Source: an uncultured Chloroflexia bacterium (lineage in GTDB: Bacteria > Chloroflexota > Limnocylindria > Limnocylindrales > CSP1-4). From it: DNA of 64,000 bases. The stretch spans positions 23,474 to 87,473 of the forward strand of contig CAVWSU010000004.1 in the NCBI GenBank assembly GCA_963757865.1, written 5' to 3'. A program made the position numbers and the translations under genes. Under the pieces are notes generated by a model. The model was not told the DNA's origin. It made no database searches and saw only the letters and a program-made list of their open reading frames with translations. Positions 39,385 through 49,010 of the stretch are shown here, piece by piece. The first letter of the stretch is position 1. Each line of letters begins with the position of its first letter.

Positions 39385-40644
39385 TCAGGGGGCCACCGGC
39401 CGGATCTCGATGATCGAGGCGAGCACGACGCTGTTCTCGCCGCCGAGCAGGTAGGCGTCCGCGCCCACCACGGCGAGAGCCGCGTACGCCACCGGCCTGG
39501 GAAGGCGACCGGCCGCCGAGACCGCGCCCGTTGCCGGGTCGAAGCGCCATACCCTGTCGGTCGCGTTGCCGCCCTCGTCTCCGCCAAGCACGAAGATGTC
39601 GCCGCCGAAGGCCACGGCGGACGACCCTGCCACCGCGGCCGGCAGGGCGCCCGCGATCGTTGCCCGCCCCGTGGCCGGATCGAAGCGCTGGATGGTCGAC
39701 ACGTCGCCGTGCGCACCCTGGCCGCCGAAGACCCACACCGCACCGGCCGCGGCCGCCACGGCACCGTAGCGCACCGGAACCGCGAGCGTGCCGATGGTCG
39801 TGACGGTGCCGGTCCCCTTCGCGGCAAGCACGTCGGGAAGGATCCGCGTCCCGTTCCATCCGCCGAGGAGCAGCGCGGTCGAGCCGAGGGCGACGGAGGA
39901 GACGTCCGATCGTGGCGCGGGCAAGCGGCCTGCGATCCGCCCCGCGCCGGCAGGCCCGGCGGGTGCCGCCAGGTCGAACGCCTGGATCGCGTCCGTGCTG
40001 GTGACGGCACCCCCGCCGAACACGTAGGCCGTGCTTCCGAAGAGCGCTGCGGCGGCGTCATGCGTGCTCGCGGCAAGCCGGCCGGCGGATCGGACGGCAC
40101 CCGTGGCCGGATCCAGGCGGAGGACCTCTGACAGCGTGCCCCGACCGTCGAAGCCGCCCAGGAGGAGGATCGCGCCCCCGGCGGTCACGGCCGCCTCGCG
40201 GCTCAGCGGGTGCGGGAGGCTGAACGCGGCCGTCCGTACCTCGATCCCGGTGACCTGGCGCGCAATGGCCGGTGACGGGCCGGTGCCGGGCGAGGTGGCG
40301 CCCGGCGAGTGGTCGCCCGACGCCCGCGGCAGCGAGGACGGCGAAGCCGGCAGCGTGTCGGCGGCCGACGGCGGCCCCACGCTCGGCGACGGCGGGCGCG
40401 CCGAGGCTCCCCCGCACGCGGACAGGCCGAGCAGTGCGACGAGAGCCAGCACGGACGACGCCGGCCGGATGGCCCTCCGGAGGCGTCGGGACGGGTTCAG
40501 GGGAGGGGACCGGACATGGCGCGACGATACCCGGTTCCTCCGAAGGGAGGCCCGCGTCGACCTCGGCAACGCGTCGACCTGCGTCGACGGGGCGACTACG
40601 CTGTGCGCGGCTGCAGGGAGCGGCCCCAGGGGAGGGCAGGACAT
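39385..40644 (-). CDS. Kelch-repeat beta-propeller lipoprotein; start uncertain
   Basis: Lipobox LLGLSACG. A Ser/Pro linker is followed by 5-6 Kelch-like units (LLLGGFDG, YVFGGG, LLLGGWNG, WVFGGQG, FVLGGDEG, YLLGGEN). ATG 40644 would leave about 60 aa before the signal peptide and overlaps the divergent usp ATG. An in-frame TTG is at 40569. Confidence 0.75.
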   Translation of the reverse strand: MSCPPLGPLPAAAHSVVAPSTQVDALPRSTRASLRRNRVSSRHVRSPPLNPSRRLRRAIRPASSVLALVALLGLSACGGASARPPSPSVGPPSAADTLPASPSSLPRASGDHSPGATSPGTGPSPAIARQVTGIEVRTAAFSLPHPLSREAAVTAGGAILLLGGFDGRGTLSEVLRLDPATGAVRSAGRLAASTHDAAAALFGSTAYVFGGGAVTSTDAIQAFDLAAPAGPAGAGRIAGRLPAPRSDVSSVALGSTALLLGGWNGTRILPDVLAAKGTGTVTTIGTLAVPVRYGAVAAAAGAVWVFGGQGAHGDVSTIQRFDPATGRATIAGALPAAVAGSSAVAFGGDIFVLGGDEGGNATDRVWRFDPATGAVSAAGRLPRPVAYAALAVVGADAYLLGGENSVVLASIIEIRPVAP

Positions 40645-41077
40645 GTTCAGTCACATCGTGGTGGCCGTCGACGGCAGCGACCACTCACGGCGGGCGGCTC
40701 TCACTGCGGCCCGATTGGCGAGAGAGCTCGGGGCCTCGCTGACGCTCCTGACCGTGTACCACCAGCCACCCGGGTTCGAGGGCGAGCCGGACTACTCCGA
40801 CGACCTCGAGTCCGCGATGCGGCGGGCCGAGGCCACCCTGGACGCCGAGGTGGCCGCCGTCGAGGCCGAGGGCGGCCCGGCCGTCGAACGAGAGGCGCTG
40901 GGAGGCTCGCAACCGGGCCGAACCCTGCTCGATGCCGCCGAGTCGGGCCGGTTCGACCTGCTTGTCATGGGAACGCGCGGACTGGGCCGCCTGCAGCGTG
41001 CGCTCCTGGGCTCCGTGTCGGCGCAGGTCGCCGCGCACAGCCCGATCCCGGTCCTGATCGTCCACGGCCAGGACTGA
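40643..41077 (+). CDS. Universal stress protein (UspA family)
   Basis: MFSHIVVAVDGSDHSRRAL ... DLLVMGTRGLGRLQRALLGSVSAQVAAHSPIPVLIV. Confidence 0.9.
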   Translation: MFSHIVVAVDGSDHSRRAALTAARLARELGASLTLLTVYHQPPGFEGEPDYSDDLESAMRRAEATLDAEVAAVEAEGGPAVEREALGGSQPGRTLLDAAESGRFDLLVMGTRGLGRLQRALLGSVSAQVAAHSPIPVLIVHGQD

Positions 41078-41097
41078 CACGGCACCCGGAGGAACGC

Positions 41098-41553
41098 ATG
41101 AAGCGCGAGCTTGGGGCCCGCAAGCGGATCGGCCTGGTGGCCCACGACAACAAGAAACCCGACCTGGTCGAGTGGGCGCGCTACAACCGCCGCCTGCTGG
41201 CCGAACACGACCTGTTCGCGACCGGCACGACCGGCGCGCTGCTCGAGCGCGAACTCGAGCTTCCCATCACGCGGCTCCAATCGGGACCGCTCGGCGGCGA
41301 CCTCCAGATCGGGGCGATGATCGCCGACGGGACGATCGACTTCCTCGTGTTCTTCTGGGATCCGCTCGAGCCGCAGCCCCACGACCCCGACGTGAAGGCG
41401 CTCCTGCGGATCGCGGTGGTCTGGAACATCCCCTTCGCGTGCAACCGCGCGTCCGCCGACTTCATGATCGCGTCGCCGCTCATGACCGACGGATACGAAC
41501 GCGTGCTGCCCGACTACTCGGCGCACATCGACCGGCCGATGTCCGCCGGCTAG
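41098..41553 (+). CDS. mgsA: Methylglyoxal synthase
   Basis: RBS ggagga. RIGLVAHDNKKPDLVEWA ... LFATGTTG ... GPLGGDLQIGAMIADGTIDFLVFFWDPLEPQPHDPDVKALLRIAVVWNIPFACN. Confidence 0.93.
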   Translation: MKRELGARKRIGLVAHDNKKPDLVEWARYNRRLLAEHDLFATGTTGALLERELELPITRLQSGPLGGDLQIGAMIADGTIDFLVFFWDPLEPQPHDPDVKALLRIAVVWNIPFACNRASADFMIASPLMTDGYERVLPDYSAHIDRPMSAG

Positions 41554-41647
41554 GACGCCACGAACCGGCCGCCCGAGCGTCGAGGTCCAGCGGCATGGAG
41601 TGGAGACAGGGGACGGCTTGCGCCGCCCCCTGGAACCGTCGAGCAGG

Positions 41648-43303
41648 CTAGTCCTGCGCCCCTGCTCGTCGAAGCACCGTGGCCTCCGCGTGCTCGACCG
41701 CGTGGGTCGACCGGAGCGGAAGCTCGTGGAGCAGGACCGATGCGCCGGCGGCGACGACCGCGGCGGCGACCCCGATCCACATCGAGTTGGCGAGCGCGAT
41801 CGAGAACGCCTGGTGGAAACCGTCCAGGAAGATCGGCTGGAACTGCGCGGGAACCTGCGACAGGAACTGGTTCGTCGCGCTGCCACCCACCGACGTCAAC
41901 TCCTGGCCGATGTTCAGTGACGCAGGTGCGGTCGCCGGCACCAGCGCCGCCGGGGCACCGGCCTGGATGATCTGCGTGCGCAGCAGGCCCCAGGTCAGGT
42001 TGTTCTGGAACAGGGTGAACGCGATCGTCAGCCCGAACGAGGTGCCGATCTGCCTCATCAGGGTCAGGTCGCTCGTGGCCGTACCCAGCAACTGGAAGGA
42101 CACGGCGTTCTGCACGATGAGGGTGAAGACCGCCATCATCGGCCCGACGCCCACCCCGGCGACGATCATCCACAGCCACAGGGAGGTGGTGGGCGTGTCG
42201 GCGCGCAGGTTCGTGAACAGGCCGAGCCCGATGGCCACCAGGACCATCGAGATGACGAGCATCCACTTGTAGTGGCCGGTGCGGCTCACGATCTGCCCCG
42301 AGACCACCGAGCTCGCGATGAGCCCGAACAGGAACGGGAACAGGTCGTAACCCGAGGCCGTCGAGCTGGCGTTCTGGACGACCTGGAACCAGAGCGGCAG
42401 GAAGATGATCGCCGTCGCGAAGCCGAACGAGGCGAGGAACGTCGCCACCACCGACACGCTGAACGTCCGGTTGCGGAACAGGGAAAGCGGGATCACGGGA
42501 TCCTCGGCGCGGGTCTCCGCGACCACGAATGCCACGAGGAACACGAGGCCCATCGCGAACCCGCCGATGACGCCGGGCGCCGACCAGTCCCCGTTCTCGG
42601 CGATGGTCAGTGCAATCAGGACCGGCACGATGGCCAGGGTGATCGTCACGACGCCGGGCAGGTCGAGGTTGAAGCGCGACCCCTCGCGGCGAACCGTCGG
42701 CAGCAGGTGCCAGATGAGGTACAGCGAGACGAGGCCGATGGGCAGGTTGACGTAGAAGACCCAGTGCCAGCTCACGTTGTCGGTGAGGAAACCGCCGAGG
42801 AACGGGCCGACCAGGAACGCGACGCCGAAGACGGCGCCGAAGAGCCCCTGGTACTTGCCGCGCTCGGCCGGCGTGAACAGGTCACCGATGACGGCCAGCG
42901 AGATGGGGAAGAGGGCGCCTGCGCCCAGGCCCTGGATGGCACGGAACGCAATCAGCTGCCACATGGTCTGGCTCAGGCCCGAGAGCGCGGACCCCACCAG
43001 GAACAGCACGATTCCGATCATCAGCATCGGCCGCCGGCCGTAGAGGTCGGACAGCTTCCCGTAGACCGGGATGGTGACCGTGCTGGTGAGCAGGTAGGCG
43101 GTGACGACCCACGTGTACAGGTCGGCGCCGTTGAGGTCCGTCACGATGCGTGGCAGCACCGGACCCACGATCGTCTGGTCGAGGGCGCTCAGGAACAACC
43201 CGAGCAGGACGGCAAAGAGGATCTCGAACCTGGCACGCGACCCCACCTCGATGGCGGGATGGACCGTGCCGGCCGAGCCGGGGATGGCCGGCATCGTTTC
43301 CAT
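41648..43303 (-). CDS. DHA2-family (EmrB/QacA, 14-TMS) MFS efflux transporter
   Basis: LDQTIVGPVLPRIVTDL, GKLSDLYGRRPML, FRAIQGLGAGALFP. About 14 TM segments over 551 aa. Confidence 0.9.
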   Translation of the reverse strand: METMPAIPGSAGTVHPAIEVGSRARFEILFAVLLGLFLSALDQTIVGPVLPRIVTDLNGADLYTWVVTAYLLTSTVTIPVYGKLSDLYGRRPMLMIGIVLFLVGSALSGLSQTMWQLIAFRAIQGLGAGALFPISLAVIGDLFTPAERGKYQGLFGAVFGVAFLVGPFLGGFLTDNVSWHWVFYVNLPIGLVSLYLIWHLLPTVRREGSRFNLDLPGVVTITLAIVPVLIALTIAENGDWSAPGVIGGFAMGLVFLVAFVVAETRAEDPVIPLSLFRNRTFSVSVVATFLASFGFATAIIFLPLWFQVVQNASSTASGYDLFPFLFGLIASSVVSGQIVSRTGHYKWMLVISMVLVAIGLGLFTNLRADTPTTSLWLWMIVAGVGVGPMMAVFTLIVQNAVSFQLLGTATSDLTLMRQIGTSFGLTIAFTLFQNNLTWGLLRTQIIQAGAPAALVPATAPASLNIGQELTSVGGSATNQFLSQVPAQFQPIFLDGFHQAFSIALANSMWIGVAAAVVAAGASVLLHELPLRSTHAVEHAEATVLRRAGAQD

Positions 43304-43380
43304 GGGCTGATACTCCTGGGTGGTAGGGCCGGTGTCCGCCGTCCTGACGGGCGGACGCTGTCGTCTTCTGGTGAACCCGG

Positions 43381-43938
43381 TCAGATCGTTGCCGGGATGG
43401 GCGGGACGTCGGGCCTGGCGAACGGATCGTCGACGTCGTCGTCGACCAGGCTGCCTTCGGCACGGAGCCGCTCGGCCGTGGCGATGAACTCGCGGAGGGC
43501 CTGGACGAAGGTGCCGCGCTGTCGCGCGGTCATCGCGCCGAGGACGATCCGGAGCTGCTCCGCCTTCATGAACTCACGGTCCTCCAGGACCCTGCGGCCG
43601 CGCTCGGTGGATGTCACGAACACGACGCGGCGGTCCGCCTCGTCGTGCCTGCGCTGGACGAGGCCGCGCTCCTCCATCCGCGTGACGATGCCCGTTGCGT
43701 TCGATACCGCGACGTCGAGGATCTCGGCGAGGCGGCTCATCGTCAGCGGGCTGTGGGCTTCGATGGCCAGGAGCACGTGGATCGCCGTCATGCTGACGTC
43801 CTGGCGGCACCAGCGACGGAGGTGGGACGCCCTCTCGCGGGCGATCAGCGCGAGGAGCTCGCCGACGGCGGACTCGGTGTCCGCGTCGTGCGCCGATGGA
43901 GCGGCGTCGGGCGGGCTCGTTGAGACGATGGTTTGCAT
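43381..43938 (-). CDS. MarR family transcriptional regulator
   Basis: Winged helix LTMSRLAEILDVAVSNATGIVTRMEERGLVQRRHDEADRRVVFVTSTERG. Lies directly upstream of the DHA2 pump on the same strand. Confidence 0.9.
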   Translation of the reverse strand: MQTIVSTSPPDAAPSAHDADTESAVGELLALIARERASHLRRWCRQDVSMTAIHVLLAIEAHSPLTMSRLAEILDVAVSNATGIVTRMEERGLVQRRHDEADRRVVFVTSTERGRRVLEDREFMKAEQLRIVLGAMTARQRGTFVQALREFIATAERLRAEGSLVDDDVDDPFARPDVPPIPATI

Positions 43939-43972
43939 GTGCTCCGTGGAATAGTTCTTTGATCGGGACCCA

Positions 43973-44005
43973 TTATGCTACTGACGACAGTTATGTCAAG
44001 CATAA
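43973..44005. promoter_or_regulatory. Candidate MarR operator (inverted repeat in an AT-rich divergent promoter region)
   Basis: TTATGCT (43973-43979) and AGCATAA (43999-44005) form a perfect 7-bp inverted repeat, with a direct TTATGTC at 43991-43997. They sit in the only strongly AT-rich patch between marR (ATG 43938) and the divergent DUF2269 gene. Confidence 0.4.
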
Positions 44006-44140
44006 ACATTGGAGTCGCACCAAGGACCCTGGTGTCGCCCGGTTGCCGGGCGCCAGATCGTCCGGGCCCCGTTGCCGACACCTGCCTCCGGCTGGTACTG
44101 TCCGCGCCGACGTCCCGGATGGACGCGGAGGGGGGATACC

Positions 44141-44620
44141 GTGTTCCAGCTGTTCCTGTTTCTGCACGTGCTGAGCGCCATCGTGGCGTTCGGGCCTTCG
44201 TTCACGTTTCCGTTGATCGGTTCCCTGGGGGGCAGGGAGCGTGAGCACGGCAATTTCGCGCTCCGGGTCACCGAGCTGATCGAGAAGCGGCTGGTGATCA
44301 CGGTCGGGCTGACGATGCCCCTCACCGGCGCGGGGCTGATCTACTTCGGCGGCTTCGACCTGTTCCAGAGCGCATGGCTGGTGATCGCCATCGCCGTGTA
44401 CGCGACCGCGATGACGTTCGCGATCTTCGTGCAGACGCCGACGGTGGCGCGGCTCATCGAGCTCACGAGTGCCCGGCCGCTCCCGGCGGGACCCGGGGCG
44501 GCGCTCGCCGGTCCGCCGCCGGAGGTGCTCGCGCTCCTGCGGCGGACGCAGCTCGGCGGCGTGTTCCTCACCGTGGCGCTCGTGGTGATCATCTTCCTGA
44601 TGGTCACGCGGCCGGTCTAG
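44141..44620 (+). CDS. DUF2269-family integral membrane protein
   Basis: GTG 44141 after ggagggggga. VFQLFLFLHVLSAIVAFGPSFTF plus 4 TM helices. Confidence 0.7.
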   Translation: MFQLFLFLHVLSAIVAFGPSFTFPLIGSLGGREREHGNFALRVTELIEKRLVITVGLTMPLTGAGLIYFGGFDLFQSAWLVIAIAVYATAMTFAIFVQTPTVARLIELTSARPLPAGPGAALAGPPPEVLALLRRTQLGGVFLTVALVVIIFLMVTRPV

Positions 44621-44710
44621 CCGGCGTCGACCGGGCAGCCGGAGGCGTCCCCGGGTCTGCTCTCCGCGGGATGTTCACTTCCCGCGGAACCGTCACTGTC
44701 CGCGGAACCG

Positions 44711-46393
44711 TCAGTCGAGGAAGGCGCGCTCGTGCCAGTGGGGGACGTGGGGCTCGAGGCCGAGCGCCCGGACCTTCGGCTCGATCGCTTCCTGGGCCTC
44801 GGGGTCACCGTGCACGATGAAGACCCGTCGCGGGACGCCGGGATCCCCGGGCTGTCGTCCCTCGATGAAACCCCCGAGCCAGGCGAGGACGCCGGCCTCG
44901 TCGGCGTGCGCGGAGAAGCCGGAGATGGACCGGACCTGGCAGCGGACCGGGTGTGGCTGGCCGTCGATGCGGACCGTCTTCGCGCCGGCCTGCAGATGGG
45001 CTCCCAGCGTCCCCTCGCCCTGGTATCCCACGAAGAGGAGCACGGCGCGCGGGTCACCGACGAGTTCGCGCAGGTGGCCCAGGACGCGGCCGCCGGTGAG
45101 CATGCCGTTGGATGCGACGATCATGTACGGCCGCCGGGCACGCGAGATCGCCTGTGAATCGTGCACGTCGTTCGTGACCACCTGCGACGGGAAGTCCAGG
45201 GGGGCGGGATTGCGGGCCAGCAGGGCCCGCGTCTCCTCGTCGTAGTAGTCGCTGTAGTGCCGGTAGATATCGCTCGCGTGCGACGCCATGGGTGAGTCGA
45301 GGAACAGCGGCAGCTGGGGGATGCGTCCGGCCTCGACGAGGCGGTTGAGCTCCCAGACGATCTCCTGGGTTCGGCCGATGGCGAACGACGGAACGAGCAG
45401 GACGCCCTTGTGCTCGGCGACGAGCTGCACCGCCTCGGCCAGGAGCCGGACGGCCTCCGCCTGGGGCTCGTGCTCGCGGCCGCCGTACGTGGACTCGACG
45501 AAGACGTAGTCGGCGTCGCGCACGGTCGTCGGGTCGCGCAGGATGGGCGTCCCGCTCTGGCCGAGGTCGCCGGAGAACACGAGCGTCCGCGCCGGCTGGT
45601 CGCCGCCCGCCTCGATCTCCAGGCGGATGATCGCGGACCCCAGGATGTGGCCGGCGTCGAGGAACGTCGCGGTGATGCCCGGCGCGACCCGGACGTGCTG
45701 CCCGTAGTCCACGCCGCGGAACTGTTCGAGTGCGGCACGGGCCTCGCGCTGGTCGTACAGCGGCTCCTCGATTTCGGCATCCACGCCGGCGGGTGCCGTG
45801 AGGATGGCGTGCTCCGGGTTCGGGCGGCCCTTGGGTGTCGCCGAAGGGGGCAGCGTGCCGCCGCCGGTGCTCGGGTGGACGGGCGCCGGATTCGTCGTGC
45901 CCGGTGCGACGTCGGTTTGCGGCGCGGCGCCTGTCTCGCCGGCCGCGGCGTTCGCGCCGAAGGTCTCGTCAGCCTCGGCGAGCAGCACCTGCTCGTGCAG
46001 CTCCTGCTCCCGCTCACGCTCTTCCTGCTCCGCCCGATCGGGGTGCCGCCGGGCCCACCGAGCCTCCCGCTTCGCGAATTCCTCCTGGAGCTTGCCCGAG
46101 TCGAGGAGCACCAGGCCCGCCAGCTCGACGGTCCCCTTCGTGGCATAGATCGGGCCGGCGAAGCCCTCCGTGACCACGTGCGGAATCAGGCCGCAGTGAT
46201 CGAGGTGCGCATGCGTCAGGACGATCGCGTCCAGCGAGGCGGGGTCGTAGGCGAGGGGCACGCGGTTGCGTACCGCCTCGTTCGGACTGCCCTGGAACAT
46301 GCCGCAGTCGACGAGGATCCGCGCCCGGTCCGTTGTCAGAAGGAACTGCGAGCCGGTGACGGTGTTGGCGGCACCGAGAAAGTGGACGTCCAT
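44711..46393 (-). CDS. MBL-fold metallo-hydrolase with beta-CASP and RNA-specificity domains (CPSF/RNase J-like)
   Basis: ORF trimmed to ATG 46393 (MDVHFLGAANTVTGSQ). THAHLDHCG motif, ESTYGGREH, GFSAHAD. About 90 aa of low-complexity insert follows LQEEFAKRE. Confidence 0.88.
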   Translation of the reverse strand: MDVHFLGAANTVTGSQFLLTTDRARILVDCGMFQGSPNEAVRNRVPLAYDPASLDAIVLTHAHLDHCGLIPHVVTEGFAGPIYATKGTVELAGLVLLDSGKLQEEFAKREARWARRHPDRAEQEEREREQELHEQVLLAEADETFGANAAAGETGAAPQTDVAPGTTNPAPVHPSTGGGTLPPSATPKGRPNPEHAILTAPAGVDAEIEEPLYDQREARAALEQFRGVDYGQHVRVAPGITATFLDAGHILGSAIIRLEIEAGGDQPARTLVFSGDLGQSGTPILRDPTTVRDADYVFVESTYGGREHEPQAEAVRLLAEAVQLVAEHKGVLLVPSFAIGRTQEIVWELNRLVEAGRIPQLPLFLDSPMASHASDIYRHYSDYYDEETRALLARNPAPLDFPSQVVTNDVHDSQAISRARRPYMIVASNGMLTGGRVLGHLRELVGDPRAVLLFVGYQGEGTLGAHLQAGAKTVRIDGQPHPVRCQVRSISGFSAHADEAGVLAWLGGFIEGRQPGDPGVPRRVFIVHGDPEAQEAIEPKVRALGLEPHVPHWHERAFLD

Positions 46394-46617
46394 CCGTGCA
46401 TCGTGCCACGGCCCGTGGCCGATCGCGCAGCAATTCCGGCCTTGGGTTCGACCAATTCCGGCCTCGCGCTCCATGGATTCCGGCCTCGTCTGCGTCGCGG
46501 CGGCCGGTCCGGTGGCCCCCGCGGTCCCCGGTCCCTCTGCCCGGCCGCCCGGCGGACCCATCTCGGTGCCGCGCCGCTCGACGGTCGACGCCCGCGAGCG
46601 GCTACACTCACGCGGCC

Positions 46618-48006
46618 GTGTCATCCGATCAGCCGGCCGGGTCTCGTGACCCGTTCGCCGCCGGCCCCCTCGACCGTCCCTCTGCGCTCGCCCTGCTCCA
46701 GCGCGCCGATGCGCTCGCGGCCCAGGGCGAGTACCAGCAGGCTGCCGTCCTGTACTCGCGCGTGGTCGGCAACCGGGATCCCGACCTCCACGTCGCAGCC
46801 CTGCTTGGCCTTTCCGAGTGCCGGTACCGCATGGACGAGGACGATGCCGCGCTCGAAGGCTGGCGGCTCGCCACGCAGGCCCCCGACACGCCGCTCAGCT
46901 GGATGGCGTGGCGGCAGCTCGCCGCGGCGCGGGTCCGGGCGGGCGACCTGCGAGGCGCGCTCGAGGCCTACCGCCAGGCGGACAGGCGGGCTCCCCGGGA
47001 GGCGAAGGCGGAGATCGCGTCGCGCCTCGGGTGGCTGAACAAGGAGCTGGGCAACCAGCGCGCGGCCGGCCGGTACTTCGGCCGGTCACGGGCAGGAGGG
47101 ATCGACGCGCCCGTCGTCACGTACGCGATTCTCGCCGTTACGATCGCGATCGGGCTGTTCCAGATAGTGGGAGGCTCGCAGGCCAACGACGTCACGAACC
47201 TGCTGATGCTCGACAAGGCCGCGGTGGCGCGGGGCGAGTGGTGGCGTCTCCTGACGGTCGTGCTCGTCCACGCCGGACTGCTCCACCTGGCGTTCAACAT
47301 GTACGCCCTGTACCTCGTCGGGCCGATGGTCGAGCGGATCTACGGCCGCGCCCAGTACCTGCTGATCTACGTGCTCGCTGGCATCGCAGGATCCATCGCC
47401 AGCTACATCTTCCTGCCCAATCCCGCCGTGGGGGCCAGCGGGGCGATCTTCGGCCTGTTCGGCGTGGTCTTCATCGCCTTCCGTGTGCATAGCCCGCTGC
47501 TCGGCCGGGCCGCCGATGCCATCGCCCGCCAGATCGGCTTCCTGATCGTGTTCAACCTGGTCCTCGACGTCGGGCTCATCGGCGGGGGCGTGGGGATCGA
47601 CATCTTCGCCCACATCGGCGGGCTCATCGCCGGCGTCTGGCTCGCCCTGGTCCTGCTGCCCACGGGGCTCACCCTCGCGAGCCTGTGGCAGCACCCCGCC
47701 GGCGCCCCGAAGGCGGCCGCGGCGCCGATGTCGGGCGTGCTGCGCGTCGCCGGTGTGCTGCTGCTCGTGGCCGTGCTCGCGGTCGGGCTGCAGATCGGCA
47801 CGACGATCCGGACGGGCGGGACGGGCGTGGCCGCCGCCCCGGACTCCGGCCGCCGGGTGGCAAGCTCGTACTCCGTTGGCCGGGTGGCCGGCGCCGCGGA
47901 CTCCGGACGCCACGTGGCCGCGTCGCGGGTGAATCCGCCAGCGACCGGAACGAGCACGCGACCCGGGTCGGCGACGCAGCGGACGGCGGGCAGGCCGGAC
48001 TCCTAG
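46618..48006 (+). CDS. Rhomboid-family intramembrane serine protease with an N-terminal TPR-like region
   Basis: WWRLLTVVLVHAGLLHLAFNM, catalytic GASGAIFGLFG and AHIGGLIAG. The GTG 46618 start is tentative. Confidence 0.8.
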   Translation: MSSDQPAGSRDPFAAGPLDRPSALALLQRADALAAQGEYQQAAVLYSRVVGNRDPDLHVAALLGLSECRYRMDEDDAALEGWRLATQAPDTPLSWMAWRQLAAARVRAGDLRGALEAYRQADRRAPREAKAEIASRLGWLNKELGNQRAAGRYFGRSRAGGIDAPVVTYAILAVTIAIGLFQIVGGSQANDVTNLLMLDKAAVARGEWWRLLTVVLVHAGLLHLAFNMYALYLVGPMVERIYGRAQYLLIYVLAGIAGSIASYIFLPNPAVGASGAIFGLFGVVFIAFRVHSPLLGRAADAIARQIGFLIVFNLVLDVGLIGGGVGIDIFAHIGGLIAGVWLALVLLPTGLTLASLWQHPAGAPKAAAAPMSGVLRVAGVLLLVAVLAVGLQIGTTIRTGGTGVAAAPDSGRRVASSYSVGRVAGAADSGRHVAASRVNPPATGTSTRPGSATQRTAGRPDS

Positions 48007-49010
48007 CCCGGGTTGCCCTTCCGGCCCGGGGCCACCGACTCCAGGAGCAGGTCCCGTCGCGCCCCGAACCGGTCGATGATCCGGTAGAAGTTGCGGCGGC
48101 TCAACCGTTCGCGCTCGGGCTCGGGGAGGCTGGTGTACCCGCGGTGCGCGTGGCGGGTCGCCGGGAGCTCCACCCGGACCGCCCGTCGGTGAGAGCCGTT
48201 CTCGCCGGCATCGCGCAGGACGAGGCTCCACCAGATGTCCAGGTTCCGGTAGAACCGGAAGTGCTCGTCGAGGGGTCCACGTTCGACGTAATCCTCCCGC
48301 CGGAACGCCAGCACGTACGCCTCGATGGCGTCCACGTCGCCCGGCGCGGCGTCGTCGAAGTGGCGGAGATCGTGCGAGCGGATCCCCCAGCCGCCGGTGA
48401 CGGCAACCGTGGGGGCGCCGAGCGCCTCGACGAGGGGCGTCACGAAGTCGCCCGTGGGCTCGATGCTCGTGTCGAGCAGGATCACGACCTCACCCGTGCT
48501 TCGCCGGATCCCGGCGTTCTGCGCGGCGGCATGCCCCAGCGGGGCACTGGTCCAGATCTGCTCGGGAGCCGCACCCGCGATGGGTACCGGCCCGTCCCCG
48601 ACTTCGAGCGCGTCCGCCTGCTCGGGGGTCGGGTCGTTGACGACGATCACCACCTGCGTCCCGACCGGGGCGTGCGCGCGCAGGCCGTCCAGCGCCCGTT
48701 CGAGATCCTCGGGCCATCGATCGGCGAGAAGCACCACGGTGGCGAGCGCCGTGGGAGGCTCGTGCAGCCGCGACGGCACGGACTCGCTCGATCCGTACCG
48801 GGTTCGCCCGCCAACCTCCAGGTCCGGTGGGCGGGCCGTCTCGAGGCGGAAGCGCAGCCCCTGGTCGATCACCTTCCAACCCGCGGCCTCGATCTCCGCC
48901 CGGAGGACGTCGGCGGCGGCCCAGTCCCTTGCAGCACGGGCCTCGGCCCGCCGGCGGGCGAGGTCCTCGATCTCGTGTGGAACGGTGGTCTGGGCGGACT
49001 GTCCGGTCAT
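48003..49010 (-). CDS. Family 2 glycosyltransferase with an N-terminal CysRS-C-terminal-like helical domain
   Basis: ATG 49010. The N-terminal EDLARRRAEARAARDWAAADVLRAEIEAAGWKVID resembles the extreme C-terminus of cysteinyl-tRNA synthetase. A GT-A core follows (VVLLADRWPEDLERAL ... VVILLDTS). Its stop overlaps the rhomboid stop in the palindrome CTAG (48003-48006). Confidence 0.75.
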   Translation of the reverse strand: MTGQSAQTTVPHEIEDLARRRAEARAARDWAAADVLRAEIEAAGWKVIDQGLRFRLETARPPDLEVGGRTRYGSSESVPSRLHEPPTALATVVLLADRWPEDLERALDGLRAHAPVGTQVVIVVNDPTPEQADALEVGDGPVPIAGAAPEQIWTSAPLGHAAAQNAGIRRSTGEVVILLDTSIEPTGDFVTPLVEALGAPTVAVTGGWGIRSHDLRHFDDAAPGDVDAIEAYVLAFRREDYVERGPLDEHFRFYRNLDIWWSLVLRDAGENGSHRRAVRVELPATRHAHRGYTSLPEPERERLSRRNFYRIIDRFGARRDLLLESVAPGRKGNPG

